Below are positions 18,002-27,519 of a stretch of 64,000 nt of DNA, piece after piece. Below the pieces are notes generated by a model. The model was not told the DNA's origin, did no database searches, and worked only from the letters and a program-made list of their open reading frames with translations. The stretch is from an uncultured Myxococcales bacterium (GTDB taxonomy: Bacteria > Myxococcota_A > Bradymonadia > UBA4248). The stretch is from assembly GCA_964454015.1 (NCBI GenBank), contig CAYVQF010000003.1:127057-191056 (forward strand), in the 5' to 3' direction. The stretch's first letter is position 1; every line of letters starts with the position of its first letter. Made by a program: the position numbers and the translations under genes.

Positions 18002-19159
18002 CTACGGCGGGAGCTGGGGTGTCTGTTCGAGGAGGCGCCGTTGTTGGGCGTCGAGTTCTCCGAGGCTTTGTTGGAGGCGCGCGCGTCGTTGTCGCAGTGC
18101 CTGGAGATCGTCAGCGTTGCCGGTGGGGCTTTCGGGTGTAGCCCGTCCGATGGCCAGGCTAGGATCTGCGTTCTGTATTTGGAAGGGTGTTGGCGGAGTG
18201 GTGGTGGGATCGTAGGTGGGCGGAGGGGTGGCAGGTGGGGTTTCGGATGGCGGAAGGAGCGGCGCCAGCTCAGAGCCTTCACCGCGGCCGATGCCATCAA
18301 AGTAGTTGGGATTTTCCGCGCCATCTGGGCTGTTGCCTCCGGGGCTGAGGCTGGGCTCTTGGGCGGGAGACTTCTGTGCGTCAGGAGATGCGGTGCGTGT
18401 GCTGGTCGTGAGTCGCGTCGCTCGCAGGTCTTCGCCGAAGAGGGCGATTTCATCGGCGTAGTCATCGACGAAGCGTGCAAGTTTCCTTTTTCTTTCGAGG
18501 TCAGTGATTTGTGCATCGATAAGCAGGAGTTGCTTGCGGATGGCTTTTTGGTGATCCGTGAGCTCATCGATGGCTGCGTTGAGCTCTTCGGGGTCAGAGA
18601 AGATGATGGTGTCGAGGCGAGGCGTTTGGCGATCGGTGGCGGGCACAGCGGCGCGGTAGCGCTCCTTTTCGAGCTGGATGGTGTTGAGTTCAGCGATGAT
18701 GGCTGCTTGGTCACTGGTGCTGGTGGCCTGTAGCAGTGCGGTCTCATGTCTGCGAATGCTCTCGTCGAAGAGCGCGATGATATGGTGGCGTTGGTCATCG
18801 AGTTGGGCTAGGAGGAAGCGCTCTTGTTCGGCCATGAGGTTGAGCTGGTCCGCCGTGGTACGGGCGGTTCGGAGCGCGGCCCGGACTTCGATTTGGTTGA
18901 CGATACCATCAGAGCCGCTTTTCAAGCGGTCGATGCTTTGGACTTGTTTGCGGTATTCGCGCTCTAAGGTTTGTCGTTGTTGGCGGAGATTCTCGAGGTT
19001 TTCTCGAGACAGCGCGAGGCGGCTGGTGGCGTCGTGCAGCTCATCGGCCGCTGGCATCGTTGGCGCGACGAGCAGGGCGGCGCAGAAGAGGGCGATGACG
19101 CAGGCGACGCGGCATGGCGTTGGGCTGAGGCGTCGTTGCTGGTTGATGAAGGCCGTCAT
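18002..19159 (-). CDS. secreted coiled-coil protein with a Pro/Thr-rich C-terminus (hypothetical)
   Basis: Start trimmed to MTAFINQQRRL...VACVIALFCAALLVAPTMPAADE (signal/TM). Long heptad-like Q/L/R/E region. The C-terminus is PPATPPPTYDPTTTPPTP. Confidence 0.5.
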   Translation of the reverse strand: MTAFINQQRRLSPTPCRVACVIALFCAALLVAPTMPAADELHDATSRLALSRENLENLRQQRQTLEREYRKQVQSIDRLKSGSDGIVNQIEVRAALRTARTTADQLNLMAEQERFLLAQLDDQRHHIIALFDESIRRHETALLQATSTSDQAAIIAELNTIQLEKERYRAAVPATDRQTPRLDTIIFSDPEELNAAIDELTDHQKAIRKQLLLIDAQITDLERKRKLARFVDDYADEIALFGEDLRATRLTTSTRTASPDAQKSPAQEPSLSPGGNSPDGAENPNYFDGIGRGEGSELAPLLPPSETPPATPPPTYDPTTTPPTPFQIQNADPSLAIGRATPESPTGNADDLQALRQRRARLQQSLGELDAQQRRLLEQTPQLPP

Positions 19160-19392
19160 ATCTGCGTCAAGGAGGTGTGGGCATGGCGCCAAGCAGCGCT
19201 GGCGGTTGAGGCACAGGCCCATGCAGACTTCGCGCCATGAGCGCGCGCGCCTATGGGTCGCGTCGACTTTGTGGTCTCTGGCGTGCGCGTGCATGGGGGA
19301 AATGGCTGTGATAATGGTGGGTTGTGGCTGGCGCTCAGGTGCGTTGGTGATGGCCGGGGAGGCGATGTGGGTCTTAGTTTTGGCGTGGGCGC

Positions 19393-21501
19393 TTGCTGAA
19401 TGGCCTCAGAAATTCGAGGCTGTGGCTGAGATGGTCGAGGACGGGTCGTGTAGTGGGGCTGGCTTTGATTTTTGAACGTGTTTGGCTGCTGCTCATGCTG
19501 GGCTTGGTGGCGGTGCCCATTTGGTTACATCTGCGACGAAGGCGGCGGGCGTTGCCGGTTCATTTTTCGTTGTTTGCGTTGCTGGCGCAGAGCCAGAAGC
19601 AGATGCAGGCGCGGTCATGGTTGCGGCATTGGCTATTGTTGGTCCTGCGGGTCTTGGTGTTGGTTGCTTTCGTGTTTGCCGTGGCGGGCCCCTATGACGA
19701 GGGTGGAGGGCAGGGCGCGTCGTTGCTGTCGGGGCAGACGCTCTATTTGGTAGACGATTCGTTGAGTATGCCTCTGGGCCAGGTTCAGGCCGAGGTCTCG
19801 CGGCATTTGGAGACGCTGTCTCCGGGGGAGGAGGTGCTGTGGTTGTGGGGCAGTGAGGCGGAGTCGTGGAGTAGCGCGTTGGGGACGGGTGGACGGGAGT
19901 CCTTGCTGCAGGCGTTGGCGAGCTGGCCGTCGGGTCGGGGCTATGTGGACATGCCAATGGCGCTGGAGCGCTCTTGCCACGGGATCCGCGGTGCGGGTGG
20001 GGCGCGGGGACAGGTGGTTGTGGTGACGGATTTTCGGCAGGGTAGCTGGTTTTCGGAGCGAGACTGGGTGGCCTGTGCCGGGGTGCGCTTGGCGTGGCTA
20101 GAGGTCGCAGTGGTGCCTTGGAATGTGAGCATTCAAGAGGTGGCGCAGGATGGGGGTGGGTTGTGGGTGACGTTGGAGCAGAGCGGCGCGACAGGGGTCG
20201 AGGAGGTTGTGGCGCGGGTCGAGGTTGGGGGAGATGTCGTTTTTGAGGCGGTGTTGCCCTTGGTGGCAGGCCGAGGGCGCCACCGACTGGAGGGAGTGCG
20301 TTTAGAGGAGGGGGCGGCTTACACTGTGCGCTTGCTGGTGAAGGATGGCTTGGCCGCCGACGACACTTGGCATGCTTTTGCGGCGGGAGGGGAGTCTGTG
20401 CGGGTGCTGGTGGTCAACGGGGACAGCCGCAACGTTCCCTTGTTGGATGAGGCGTTTTTTCTGGAGCGGGCGTTGCGTTACGTGCAGCCCGGACGCCGGG
20501 GCTTCACGGTGCGGGTGCGTTCCGTGGAGGGCATCGGTGCGTCTGATCTGGCGGAGAGTGACGTGGTGGTTTTGGCCAACGTTGGTGCGGTGGGAGCGCT
20601 GTGGGTCGAGTCCTTGAAGCGCTACGTGAGTCAAGGTGGTTCTTTGCTGATGACCATGGGTGAGAGGACGCAGGCCGAGGCTTTTCAGCGCACCTGGGGT
20701 GATTTGTTGCCGCGCCGTCTGCGTGGCGTACGGGAGTTGGCCCAAGCCAGTGATGAGGGGCGTGCTTTGCGCGCCGGGCGGGTGAGTCGTCTGGATTGGG
20801 AGCATCCGGTGTTGCGTGATTTTCTTTCTGAGGGAGGGGAGATGCTGCAGCGCGCGTTGGTGTATCGCTACATGCAGGTGGAGACGGATGCGCGTGCGGG
20901 CGGGGTGATTCTGGCGTTGGCAGATGGTGCGCCGTTGTTGGTCGAGGCGGCGTATGGTGCGGGACGGGTGATGTTGTTGACGACGAGTGTCGACAGGGAT
21001 TGGACCGACTTGCCTCTTCGCAAGGCCTATCTTCCATTGATGCACAGTGTGTTGCGCTATCTAGCGGGGCGTCGTGCGGAGATCTCTGACCAGGCCGTGG
21101 TGGGTGTTCCCTTCCGGCTGGGTGTGCTCGAGGGTGCAGGTGCGGTGGAGGTGCGACGGGTAGGGCGTTGGGCCTGGGAGAGAGCGTGGGCGGGTGAGGG
21201 CGAAGGTGATGTGGAGGTCGTGGTGGATGAGGCTGGCATCTATGAGGTCAGCGAGGTGGTGCGTGGCGAGCGCCGTATGTTTTTGGATGCGCGTTTTGCC
21301 GCCAATGTGGATCGTCGTGAGTCGGAGTGGCGCCGGGTAGATGGCTTGGTGGCTCCGGAGCCTGGGGCTGGGGATGGCGACAGCGCAGCGCTGTGGGCGG
21401 TCGCGACGCGGCGCGGATGGTGGCCGTGGCTGCTGTTGTTGGTGGTGTTGGCGTTGCTTGGCGAGACCGTGGTGGCGTGTAGGCGCAGGTGGGGTGGCTG
21501 A
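19393..21501 (+). CDS. BatA-like protein: N-terminal double-TM domain plus vWA domain (MIDAS DDSLS), with a C-terminal TM
   Basis: N-terminus WLLLMLGLVAVPIWLHLRRRRRALPVHFSLFALL matches the BatA N-terminal double-transmembrane domain. vWA MIDAS motif YLVDDSLSM. C-terminal TM WWPWLLLLVVLALLG. The true start may be a TTG a few codons before the first TM. Confidence 0.7.
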   Translation: MLNGLRNSRLWLRWSRTGRVVGLALIFERVWLLLMLGLVAVPIWLHLRRRRRALPVHFSLFALLAQSQKQMQARSWLRHWLLLVLRVLVLVAFVFAVAGPYDEGGGQGASLLSGQTLYLVDDSLSMPLGQVQAEVSRHLETLSPGEEVLWLWGSEAESWSSALGTGGRESLLQALASWPSGRGYVDMPMALERSCHGIRGAGGARGQVVVVTDFRQGSWFSERDWVACAGVRLAWLEVAVVPWNVSIQEVAQDGGGLWVTLEQSGATGVEEVVARVEVGGDVVFEAVLPLVAGRGRHRLEGVRLEEGAAYTVRLLVKDGLAADDTWHAFAAGGESVRVLVVNGDSRNVPLLDEAFFLERALRYVQPGRRGFTVRVRSVEGIGASDLAESDVVVLANVGAVGALWVESLKRYVSQGGSLLMTMGERTQAEAFQRTWGDLLPRRLRGVRELAQASDEGRALRAGRVSRLDWEHPVLRDFLSEGGEMLQRALVYRYMQVETDARAGGVILALADGAPLLVEAAYGAGRVMLLTTSVDRDWTDLPLRKAYLPLMHSVLRYLAGRRAEISDQAVVGVPFRLGVLEGAGAVEVRRVGRWAWERAWAGEGEGDVEVVVDEAGIYEVSEVVRGERRMFLDARFAANVDRRESEWRRVDGLVAPEPGAGDGDSAALWAVATRRGWWPWLLLLVVLALLGETVVACRRRWGG

Positions 21502-21563
21502 GTTCGTGTCATTGGGTGCTTCTTGCCTCGGGCGAGTTTGCGCGTTAGCTTCTGGCTGCCACT

Positions 21564-22583
21564 GTGGTGGGGAGTTTCAGCATGCCGATAAAATTGACCG
21601 TGTGGTTGTCAGCGGCTTGTGAAAAAGGCCACGTGTTTTTCTGTGACAGCGACGAAGTCGAGGTGGGGCGCTCACCCGGCGTCGATGTTCAGTTGCCGGT
21701 TTCTTTTGTTTCGGGTCATCAGTTTACCCTGGTGGCAGAGGGTGACGCCTTTCTGCTTTCGGACGCGGGGTCGACCAATGGAACGGCGCTCAATGGGAAG
21801 CGACTGGCACCGTATGCGTATGTCCCGGTGTGGAACGGGGATTTGATTGGGGTTGGGGAGCTCTTGATACAGATCGAGATCGTGCCGACGCTCCCCGATG
21901 GGTCTGCGACCACGTCGGAAGATCCCGTGCGGGGCATGGTGCGCGAGGTGCTGCGGGCGCGGGGTGAGGCGTCTGAAGCGACGCTGGAGTTGGCCGACGC
22001 AGTGGGGACGCGTTGGTCAGTGGAAGATATGGGAGCGACGCTTCGGGTGGGTTGTGACGAGGATGCGCAGTTGCGCCTGCCGGAAGGCACTTTGTCGGCG
22101 GGGCGTTCTTTTTTTTTGGAGCGCAGGCCGGGCGCAATTGCCCTGCGGAGCTCGCAGGCGTTGTGGCTGGACGGTGAGCGCTTGGGGGTTGAGCCCCAAG
22201 CATTGGGCGCGGCGCACGAGATTGGTGATGGAGCAGGCGGGGCGAGTTTGCGCTTTCGCGATCCCCTGCGGGTCTATTTGGACGAACTGGCCCGGTTGCC
22301 AGAGGACCGACGCCATGGTGCGGCGGAGCATGTTCATCTTTCGACGCAGCAAATCGATACGACGGGCTACGGCGAGATCGAGGGTGCGCCCCCTGATTTT
22401 GGTCCTCCGGATCGTCCTCCCGTTCCGGCGCAGCCGCGTCTGCGGCATGAGAGCATCGAGGTATCTCTGCGGGAGAGAGGCCGCTGGGGCGCCTTCGAGC
22501 TGTGGACCATCGTCCTCACCCTGCTCGTGGCGCTGGGTGGGGTCATCGTGGTCTACTTCGTATTGCGCTTGGCGATTTTTTGA
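21564..22583 (+). CDS. FHA-domain protein with a C-terminal TM anchor
   Basis: N-terminal FHA (GRSPGVDVQLPVSFVSGHQFTLVAEGDAFLLSDAGSTNGTALNGKRL). C-terminal TM (LWTIVLTLLVALGGVIVVYFVL). Confidence 0.75.
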   Translation: MVGSFSMPIKLTVWLSAACEKGHVFFCDSDEVEVGRSPGVDVQLPVSFVSGHQFTLVAEGDAFLLSDAGSTNGTALNGKRLAPYAYVPVWNGDLIGVGELLIQIEIVPTLPDGSATTSEDPVRGMVREVLRARGEASEATLELADAVGTRWSVEDMGATLRVGCDEDAQLRLPEGTLSAGRSFFLERRPGAIALRSSQALWLDGERLGVEPQALGAAHEIGDGAGGASLRFRDPLRVYLDELARLPEDRRHGAAEHVHLSTQQIDTTGYGEIEGAPPDFGPPDRPPVPAQPRLRHESIEVSLRERGRWGAFELWTIVLTLLVALGGVIVVYFVLRLAIF

Positions 22584-22597
22584 GCGCTGGGCTGCGC

Positions 22598-23683
22598 TCA
22601 GAAGCCGATGCGGTAGCCGAGGAGTATCCCCAGGTAACCGGAATTGCTCGAGCCGGTCAGGTCGTGTTGGAGTCCAGCGTAGAGCCAGCGCAGTTCGGCC
22701 AAAAGGAGGCCGGGCCCGAGCTTGAGATCTGCGCCGACGGCGACATCGACGCCCACAGCGGTTGACTGTTCACTCTGCTCGTCTTGGAGGAGAGGGCTGT
22801 TTTCGGTGGTTTTGAGCATGTGGACGGCGAGGGCGAGGCCGACGTAAGGGACGATGAGGGCATCGGCGTCGAAGATGCGGTAGGCGGCGCCGAGGGAGAC
22901 CTTGAACATGTCGACGCTGAGTTCAAAGGGGTAGGTGCCGTTGATGCGCGAATCATCGACTTCGTCTTCGAATGAAGGTCGGGTGTAGGCGAAGTCGAGG
23001 GTGATGAGGAGCTGGTTGTCGAGAAAAGGAAGGAAGTAATCGATTTCCAAGGCAGCCAGGACAAAGGGTCCGAGATCGGAGGTGGGGATGGCGATACCGA
23101 CGCGGGGTGCGAAAGCGAGCATCCAGGTGGCGGTGTCGGCCATGTTGAAGATGGCGCTGGGTTGGTCATCTCCCTCTCCATCGGTTTCACCGCCCTGCCC
23201 ATCCTCACTCTCTTCAGGTGCATTCTCGGCCAAGAGGCGCTCTTCTTCCTCGCGGCGCAGGCGCTCTTCTTCGTCAGCGCAGGCCTGCGCATCGTCTTGC
23301 ATTTTCTGGACTCTGGCGACGGTCAGTTCACTGCGGATGAGACCTTTGCTGAGGGCCAGAGTGGATTCCTGATAGTAGACGAGGGCCGCCTGACAGTCGC
23401 CTTGGAGGTGTTTGATGCGGGCGAGGTAGTAGAGCACGCCGGGGTCGGCGTCACAGATTTCCGTGGCTTGGGAGAAGAGGGTGAAAGCCTCGTCGTAGTT
23501 GGCTCCTTGCAGGGCGGCGATGCCTTGGGTGACGAAGCTTTGATATTCTTCGTTCTGTTCCAGGTTTTCGCAGGCGTTTTGGGCCTGCGCCAAAGGGGAG
23601 AAGACGCTGAGGCAGATCAACAGCAGGACAGTGGTCAAAGGCTTGGGCTGCGGCAAAAGGTGCAACGAATGGAATTTGCTCAT
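22598..23683 (-). CDS. outer-membrane beta-barrel protein with an N-terminal TPR-like domain
   Basis: Signal peptide (TVLLLICLSVFSPLAQAQ). TPR-like N-terminal region, an acidic linker, then a C-terminal alternating beta-strand pattern ending GYRIGF (aromatic terminal residue typical of OM barrels). Confidence 0.6.
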   Translation of the reverse strand: MSKFHSLHLLPQPKPLTTVLLLICLSVFSPLAQAQNACENLEQNEEYQSFVTQGIAALQGANYDEAFTLFSQATEICDADPGVLYYLARIKHLQGDCQAALVYYQESTLALSKGLIRSELTVARVQKMQDDAQACADEEERLRREEEERLLAENAPEESEDGQGGETDGEGDDQPSAIFNMADTATWMLAFAPRVGIAIPTSDLGPFVLAALEIDYFLPFLDNQLLITLDFAYTRPSFEDEVDDSRINGTYPFELSVDMFKVSLGAAYRIFDADALIVPYVGLALAVHMLKTTENSPLLQDEQSEQSTAVGVDVAVGADLKLGPGLLLAELRWLYAGLQHDLTGSSNSGYLGILLGYRIGF

Positions 23684-23728
23684 TGCTCACGGTACCTATG
23701 AGGATGTTCGGTAGACCGAAATTTCGGG

Positions 23729-26176
23729 TCAGATGTCGACAATTTTGACCCCTTTGGGGCCTTTACGCTCACGATCTTTGCGGTCACGTGGCGGTTGCCG
23801 CTTGGTATCGTCGCCTCCAGTCGGCGGCTCTACCGGTGTGGGGTCCGGTTGGTCTTGGGCCAGGACCTCTTTGGCCTTGCGTGCTTCATCGGCCAGGGGG
23901 TGTTCGGGGAAGCGTTCGATGAGGGTCGTCAGCGCCGCGAGGGCGCTACCAGCATCACCGAGTTCATGGTGGCATTGTGCAGCCGTGAGGAGGGCAGGTG
24001 GTCCATGTTGGGGGTCGTCTTGGGCGCTTTCGAGGTGTGGGAGGGCGCCACGGCATTGGTTGTTTTTGGCCAAGGCTTGTCCGCGCAAGAGATGAGCCTC
24101 CAGTTGTTGAGGATCACTATCGAGGACGGTCAAGGTGAGCTGCGCTGCGAGGGGGAAGTCCTCTGTATCGTAGGCTTGTTGGGCCTGTGCCAGAAGTTCT
24201 TGGGGCGTCGGCGCAGGGGGTGGGTCAGGGGTGACGGCGGGTGGGGGCGTTGGGGTGACGGTGGGTGGCTCAGTGCCATGGCCGGTGGCGTCTGGGGGCT
24301 GGTCATTGCTGGCGCTGGTGGCTATCCAGATGATAGCGATGAGGACGAGGAGCGCTGCAGCGCCTGCGGCTAGGGGCCACAGCTTCTTGGGCTTGGCGTG
24401 CAGGGGGGCGGCGATAGGGCGATCATCGATGGCATCCTTGGGAGCGTCTGCAGGTGCGAGGGTCGTAGGTGCCGCGGTGGTGGGGATGCTTTCGTGTTCA
24501 GCGGAGTCGGGTCCGAAGAGAGCGAAGTCGAGCTCATCGGCGTTGGGTAAGTCCGTGGCCGTGTGCTGGGTGTCTTGGTCTTCGAGCATGGACTCGAGGG
24601 AGGCGGTCGCATGGGGTGGGATATCGGCGTCGGGTGCAGGGTCTGGGTGGCCTTCTGTGGCCGGTTCGTGGTGGGGGATGGCGCTCGGGATGTCTTTGTT
24701 TGCAAGGCCAGTGGATGGTTCTGGCGGCAGATCCGATGCTGGCGCGGGCGATTCTGTGGCCGCGGGTGCGCTGGACGTGTCCTGAAGCGGCGGGGCAGGG
24801 GTGGCAGTGACGGGAGGTCGTGGTGGCACAGGGGGTGGAAGGGGCGGCGCTTTTGCCGGTGCTGATTTGATGGGCGGTGTATCTGCGCGTGCTTCGACGG
24901 CTGGTTCTTCTGAGCTGGGCGCGGGTTGTTCCTGGGGCAACGCGGCAGAGGCAGGAGGTGTGCCCGAGTTCTTGGCTTTTTTTTCTGCAGATTGGGCTAA
25001 GGCCGCTTTGAGGGCGGAGAGTTTGTTGGGTGGTCCTGCGGGAATGCGCCCGACAGGCAGTCCGGTGTTGCTGGGCGCGAGGTTGGAGGCGCTGGCCGTA
25101 TTGTGTTGCAGTTGCGGGTGTTCTTGGTTTTGGGTGGAGGGGTCGGAGAATTTGGCAGCGCTGGGAGGGTTGGTTTTGCGCGATCCAGCTAAGCGCTGGG
25201 CATGTTTGAGGATGTCCTCAGGCGAGGAGTGGCGCTGGACGCGCAGATGTTCAGGGATGATTTCGAGGCTGGCCGCGTGGAGGGCGATGAGCATGTCTTC
25301 AGCCGATGCGAAGCGCTTTTCTGCTTCTTTCTCACAGGCGTGGAGGATGACTTCGCCGAGCTCGGTGTTCACGAGTCCAGGAGGGAGGATGAGTGGCTGG
25401 TAGACCTGATTCTTGATGACCTCCATGCTCGCGCCTGAGACTGCGGCGTTTCCAGTGAGGCATTCAAAGAGGATGAGGCCGGCGGCGTAGATGTCAGTGA
25501 AGGGTCTAGGCTCGGCAAAGAGGATGAACTGCTCGGGCGCCATGTAGGCGGGTGTGCCGAGGATCTGGCCAGCTTGGGTGATGTTGGGGTCGTTCTCGCG
25601 GAAATGCTCTTGAATGCCGGCGATGCCGAAATCGAGCACTTTGGCTGAGGTCAGGATGCCCGAGCCGCTGATCATGATGTTGGATGGCTTGAGATCGCGG
25701 TGGACGATGCCGAGGTTGTGGGCTTCAGCGAGGGCTTCGAGGACTTGGCCGATGACGCGTTTGGCGATGTCGAGGGGCAGAGGTCCTTGACGCAAGACCT
25801 TGGAGAGTGGTTCTCCGCGGATGAACTCGAGGACCATGAAGGGATCATCGTCGCGAAAGCCGGCGTCAAGGAGGCGGACCACGTGAGGGCTGGAGAGATT
25901 GCCAATGAGGCGCATCTCGCGCAGGAATCGTACGGCTTGTTCCCCTCTGGCGTCGACGTTTTTGGTGAGCCCAAGGAGGAGGGTCTTGATGGCCACGATC
26001 TGCCCGGTAGAGATCTGGCGGGCTTTGTGGACGACGCCGAAGCCGCCCGTGCCGATTTCCTCAAGTATTTCATAGCGTTTGAGGAATTCGCCTTGACTGT
26101 CTATTTTGGGATTCTCCACGGCGCTTGCCTCATGAACCAAAGTTTTCCCTTCGAGTGAGCTTAGCGTAGGGGACAC
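23729..26176 (-). CDS. serine/threonine protein kinase (Hanks-type) with a Pro-rich linker, TM and periplasmic TPR domain
   Basis: All catalytic motifs are intact (GTGGFGVV, VAIK, HRDLKPSN, DFG, GTPAYMAPE). The linker is long and Pro-rich. TM LAAGAAALLVLIAIIWIA. C-terminal TPR. Confidence 0.9.
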   Translation of the reverse strand: MSPTLSSLEGKTLVHEASAVENPKIDSQGEFLKRYEILEEIGTGGFGVVHKARQISTGQIVAIKTLLLGLTKNVDARGEQAVRFLREMRLIGNLSSPHVVRLLDAGFRDDDPFMVLEFIRGEPLSKVLRQGPLPLDIAKRVIGQVLEALAEAHNLGIVHRDLKPSNIMISGSGILTSAKVLDFGIAGIQEHFRENDPNITQAGQILGTPAYMAPEQFILFAEPRPFTDIYAAGLILFECLTGNAAVSGASMEVIKNQVYQPLILPPGLVNTELGEVILHACEKEAEKRFASAEDMLIALHAASLEIIPEHLRVQRHSSPEDILKHAQRLAGSRKTNPPSAAKFSDPSTQNQEHPQLQHNTASASNLAPSNTGLPVGRIPAGPPNKLSALKAALAQSAEKKAKNSGTPPASAALPQEQPAPSSEEPAVEARADTPPIKSAPAKAPPLPPPVPPRPPVTATPAPPLQDTSSAPAATESPAPASDLPPEPSTGLANKDIPSAIPHHEPATEGHPDPAPDADIPPHATASLESMLEDQDTQHTATDLPNADELDFALFGPDSAEHESIPTTAAPTTLAPADAPKDAIDDRPIAAPLHAKPKKLWPLAAGAAALLVLIAIIWIATSASNDQPPDATGHGTEPPTVTPTPPPAVTPDPPPAPTPQELLAQAQQAYDTEDFPLAAQLTLTVLDSDPQQLEAHLLRGQALAKNNQCRGALPHLESAQDDPQHGPPALLTAAQCHHELGDAGSALAALTTLIERFPEHPLADEARKAKEVLAQDQPDPTPVEPPTGGDDTKRQPPRDRKDRERKGPKGVKIVDI

Positions 26177-26583
26177 AAAGTGCCAAGAAGTCTAGGAAAG
26201 GAAGGTGGAACAAGTGGTGATTCGAGAGATGCATGGGGTGGCTGGTTGGGGCCGCAATTCGGCATCATTATGGTTTTTTGGGTTCTTCGTGGCGAGGTCG
26301 CAGTTCGGGAGCGTTACGGGGAGATGTAGATGTCGGCGGTGGAGAGGGCGTTTCATGGTTTGGGTTTGGCCAAGGTTCCTGGGGCGCGATGTCAGCGGGG
26401 TATTCGGCGGCTGGTCATATTATGGTTTGGTTTGGCTTTGGCTTTGTCCCCGTCGGGCGGCTTGATTTCCAGGGGTTAAGCTCAATAGTGTGGCCACGGT
26501 GCGCTGGTGCAACCTGGGAGGTGGATCCCAAGGAGAGTGTGGCGCGGCACTTAGTTCCGCAGAAGCGCGGAGAGGGGGAGGTT

Positions 26584-27510
26584 ATGGAGAAGAGCGAGAA
26601 GGTGTGGTTGGACGGCGAGCTCGTGGCGTGGGACGACGCGAATGTCCACGTTTTGACGCACTCTCTTCACTATGGATTGAGCCTATTCGAGGGTATTCGC
26701 GCCTATGAGCGGGCTGATGGCAGGACGCAGATTTTTCGTTTGCGAGAGCACATTCGCCGTCTTTTGGACGGTGGCAAGATAGCGACCATTGATATTCCCT
26801 TTGGCGAAGAGGAGTTGGTCGAGGCTTGTGTGTCGTTGGTGCGGGTCAATGGTCTGCGCTCGTGCTATATTCGTCCGCTGGCGTTTTTGGGTGATGGGGC
26901 GATGGGTCTTTATGCGACGAGCAATCCGGTGCGGGTGGTGATCGTGGCGTGGCCTTGGGGTGCCTATTTGGGCGACAAGGGTTTGCGGGACGGGATCAGG
27001 GCGAAGGTTTCGAGCTTCACGCGTCATCATGTGAACACGAGCATGGTGAAGGCGAAGATTGGTGGTCAGTATGTGAATTCCATCTTGGCCAAACGTGAGG
27101 TGGTGAAGGCGGGCTATGATGAGGCGCTGTTGTTGGACACGAATGGTTACGTGTGCGAGGCCAGCGGTGAGAATATTTTTGCGGTGAAGAACGGTGTTCT
27201 TTTTACGCCGTCGACGGGTTCGAGTCTGTTGAATGGACTTACGCGCGACACGATTCTGCGCTTGGCGGCAGATTTTGGCATTTCCGTGCAGCAGCAGCGC
27301 TTTACGCGTGATGAGCTTTATATCGCCGATGAGGTGTTTTTGACGGGGACAGCGGCTGAGATCACGCCTGTGCGGGAGATCGACGACAGGCAGATCGGTT
27401 CGGGAAGTCGGGGGCCGCTGACGCAACGTTTTCAGGAAGCCTACTTCGACATCGTCAAGGGCTCGGACACGCGCCATGAGGAGTGGTTGCATTGGGTGGA
27501 CTTTGGGTGA
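26584..27510 (+). CDS. ilvE: branched-chain amino acid aminotransferase
   Basis: Class IV aminotransferase over its full length (WLDGELV...EGIRAY...GQYVNSILAKRE...EVFLTGTAAEITPV). Start trimmed to MEKSEKVW. The upstream 117 codons of the ORF are G/W-rich noise. Confidence 0.9.
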   Translation: MEKSEKVWLDGELVAWDDANVHVLTHSLHYGLSLFEGIRAYERADGRTQIFRLREHIRRLLDGGKIATIDIPFGEEELVEACVSLVRVNGLRSCYIRPLAFLGDGAMGLYATSNPVRVVIVAWPWGAYLGDKGLRDGIRAKVSSFTRHHVNTSMVKAKIGGQYVNSILAKREVVKAGYDEALLLDTNGYVCEASGENIFAVKNGVLFTPSTGSSLLNGLTRDTILRLAADFGISVQQQRFTRDELYIADEVFLTGTAAEITPVREIDDRQIGSGSRGPLTQRFQEAYFDIVKGSDTRHEEWLHWVDFG

Positions 27511-27519
27511 GGAGGGGCG

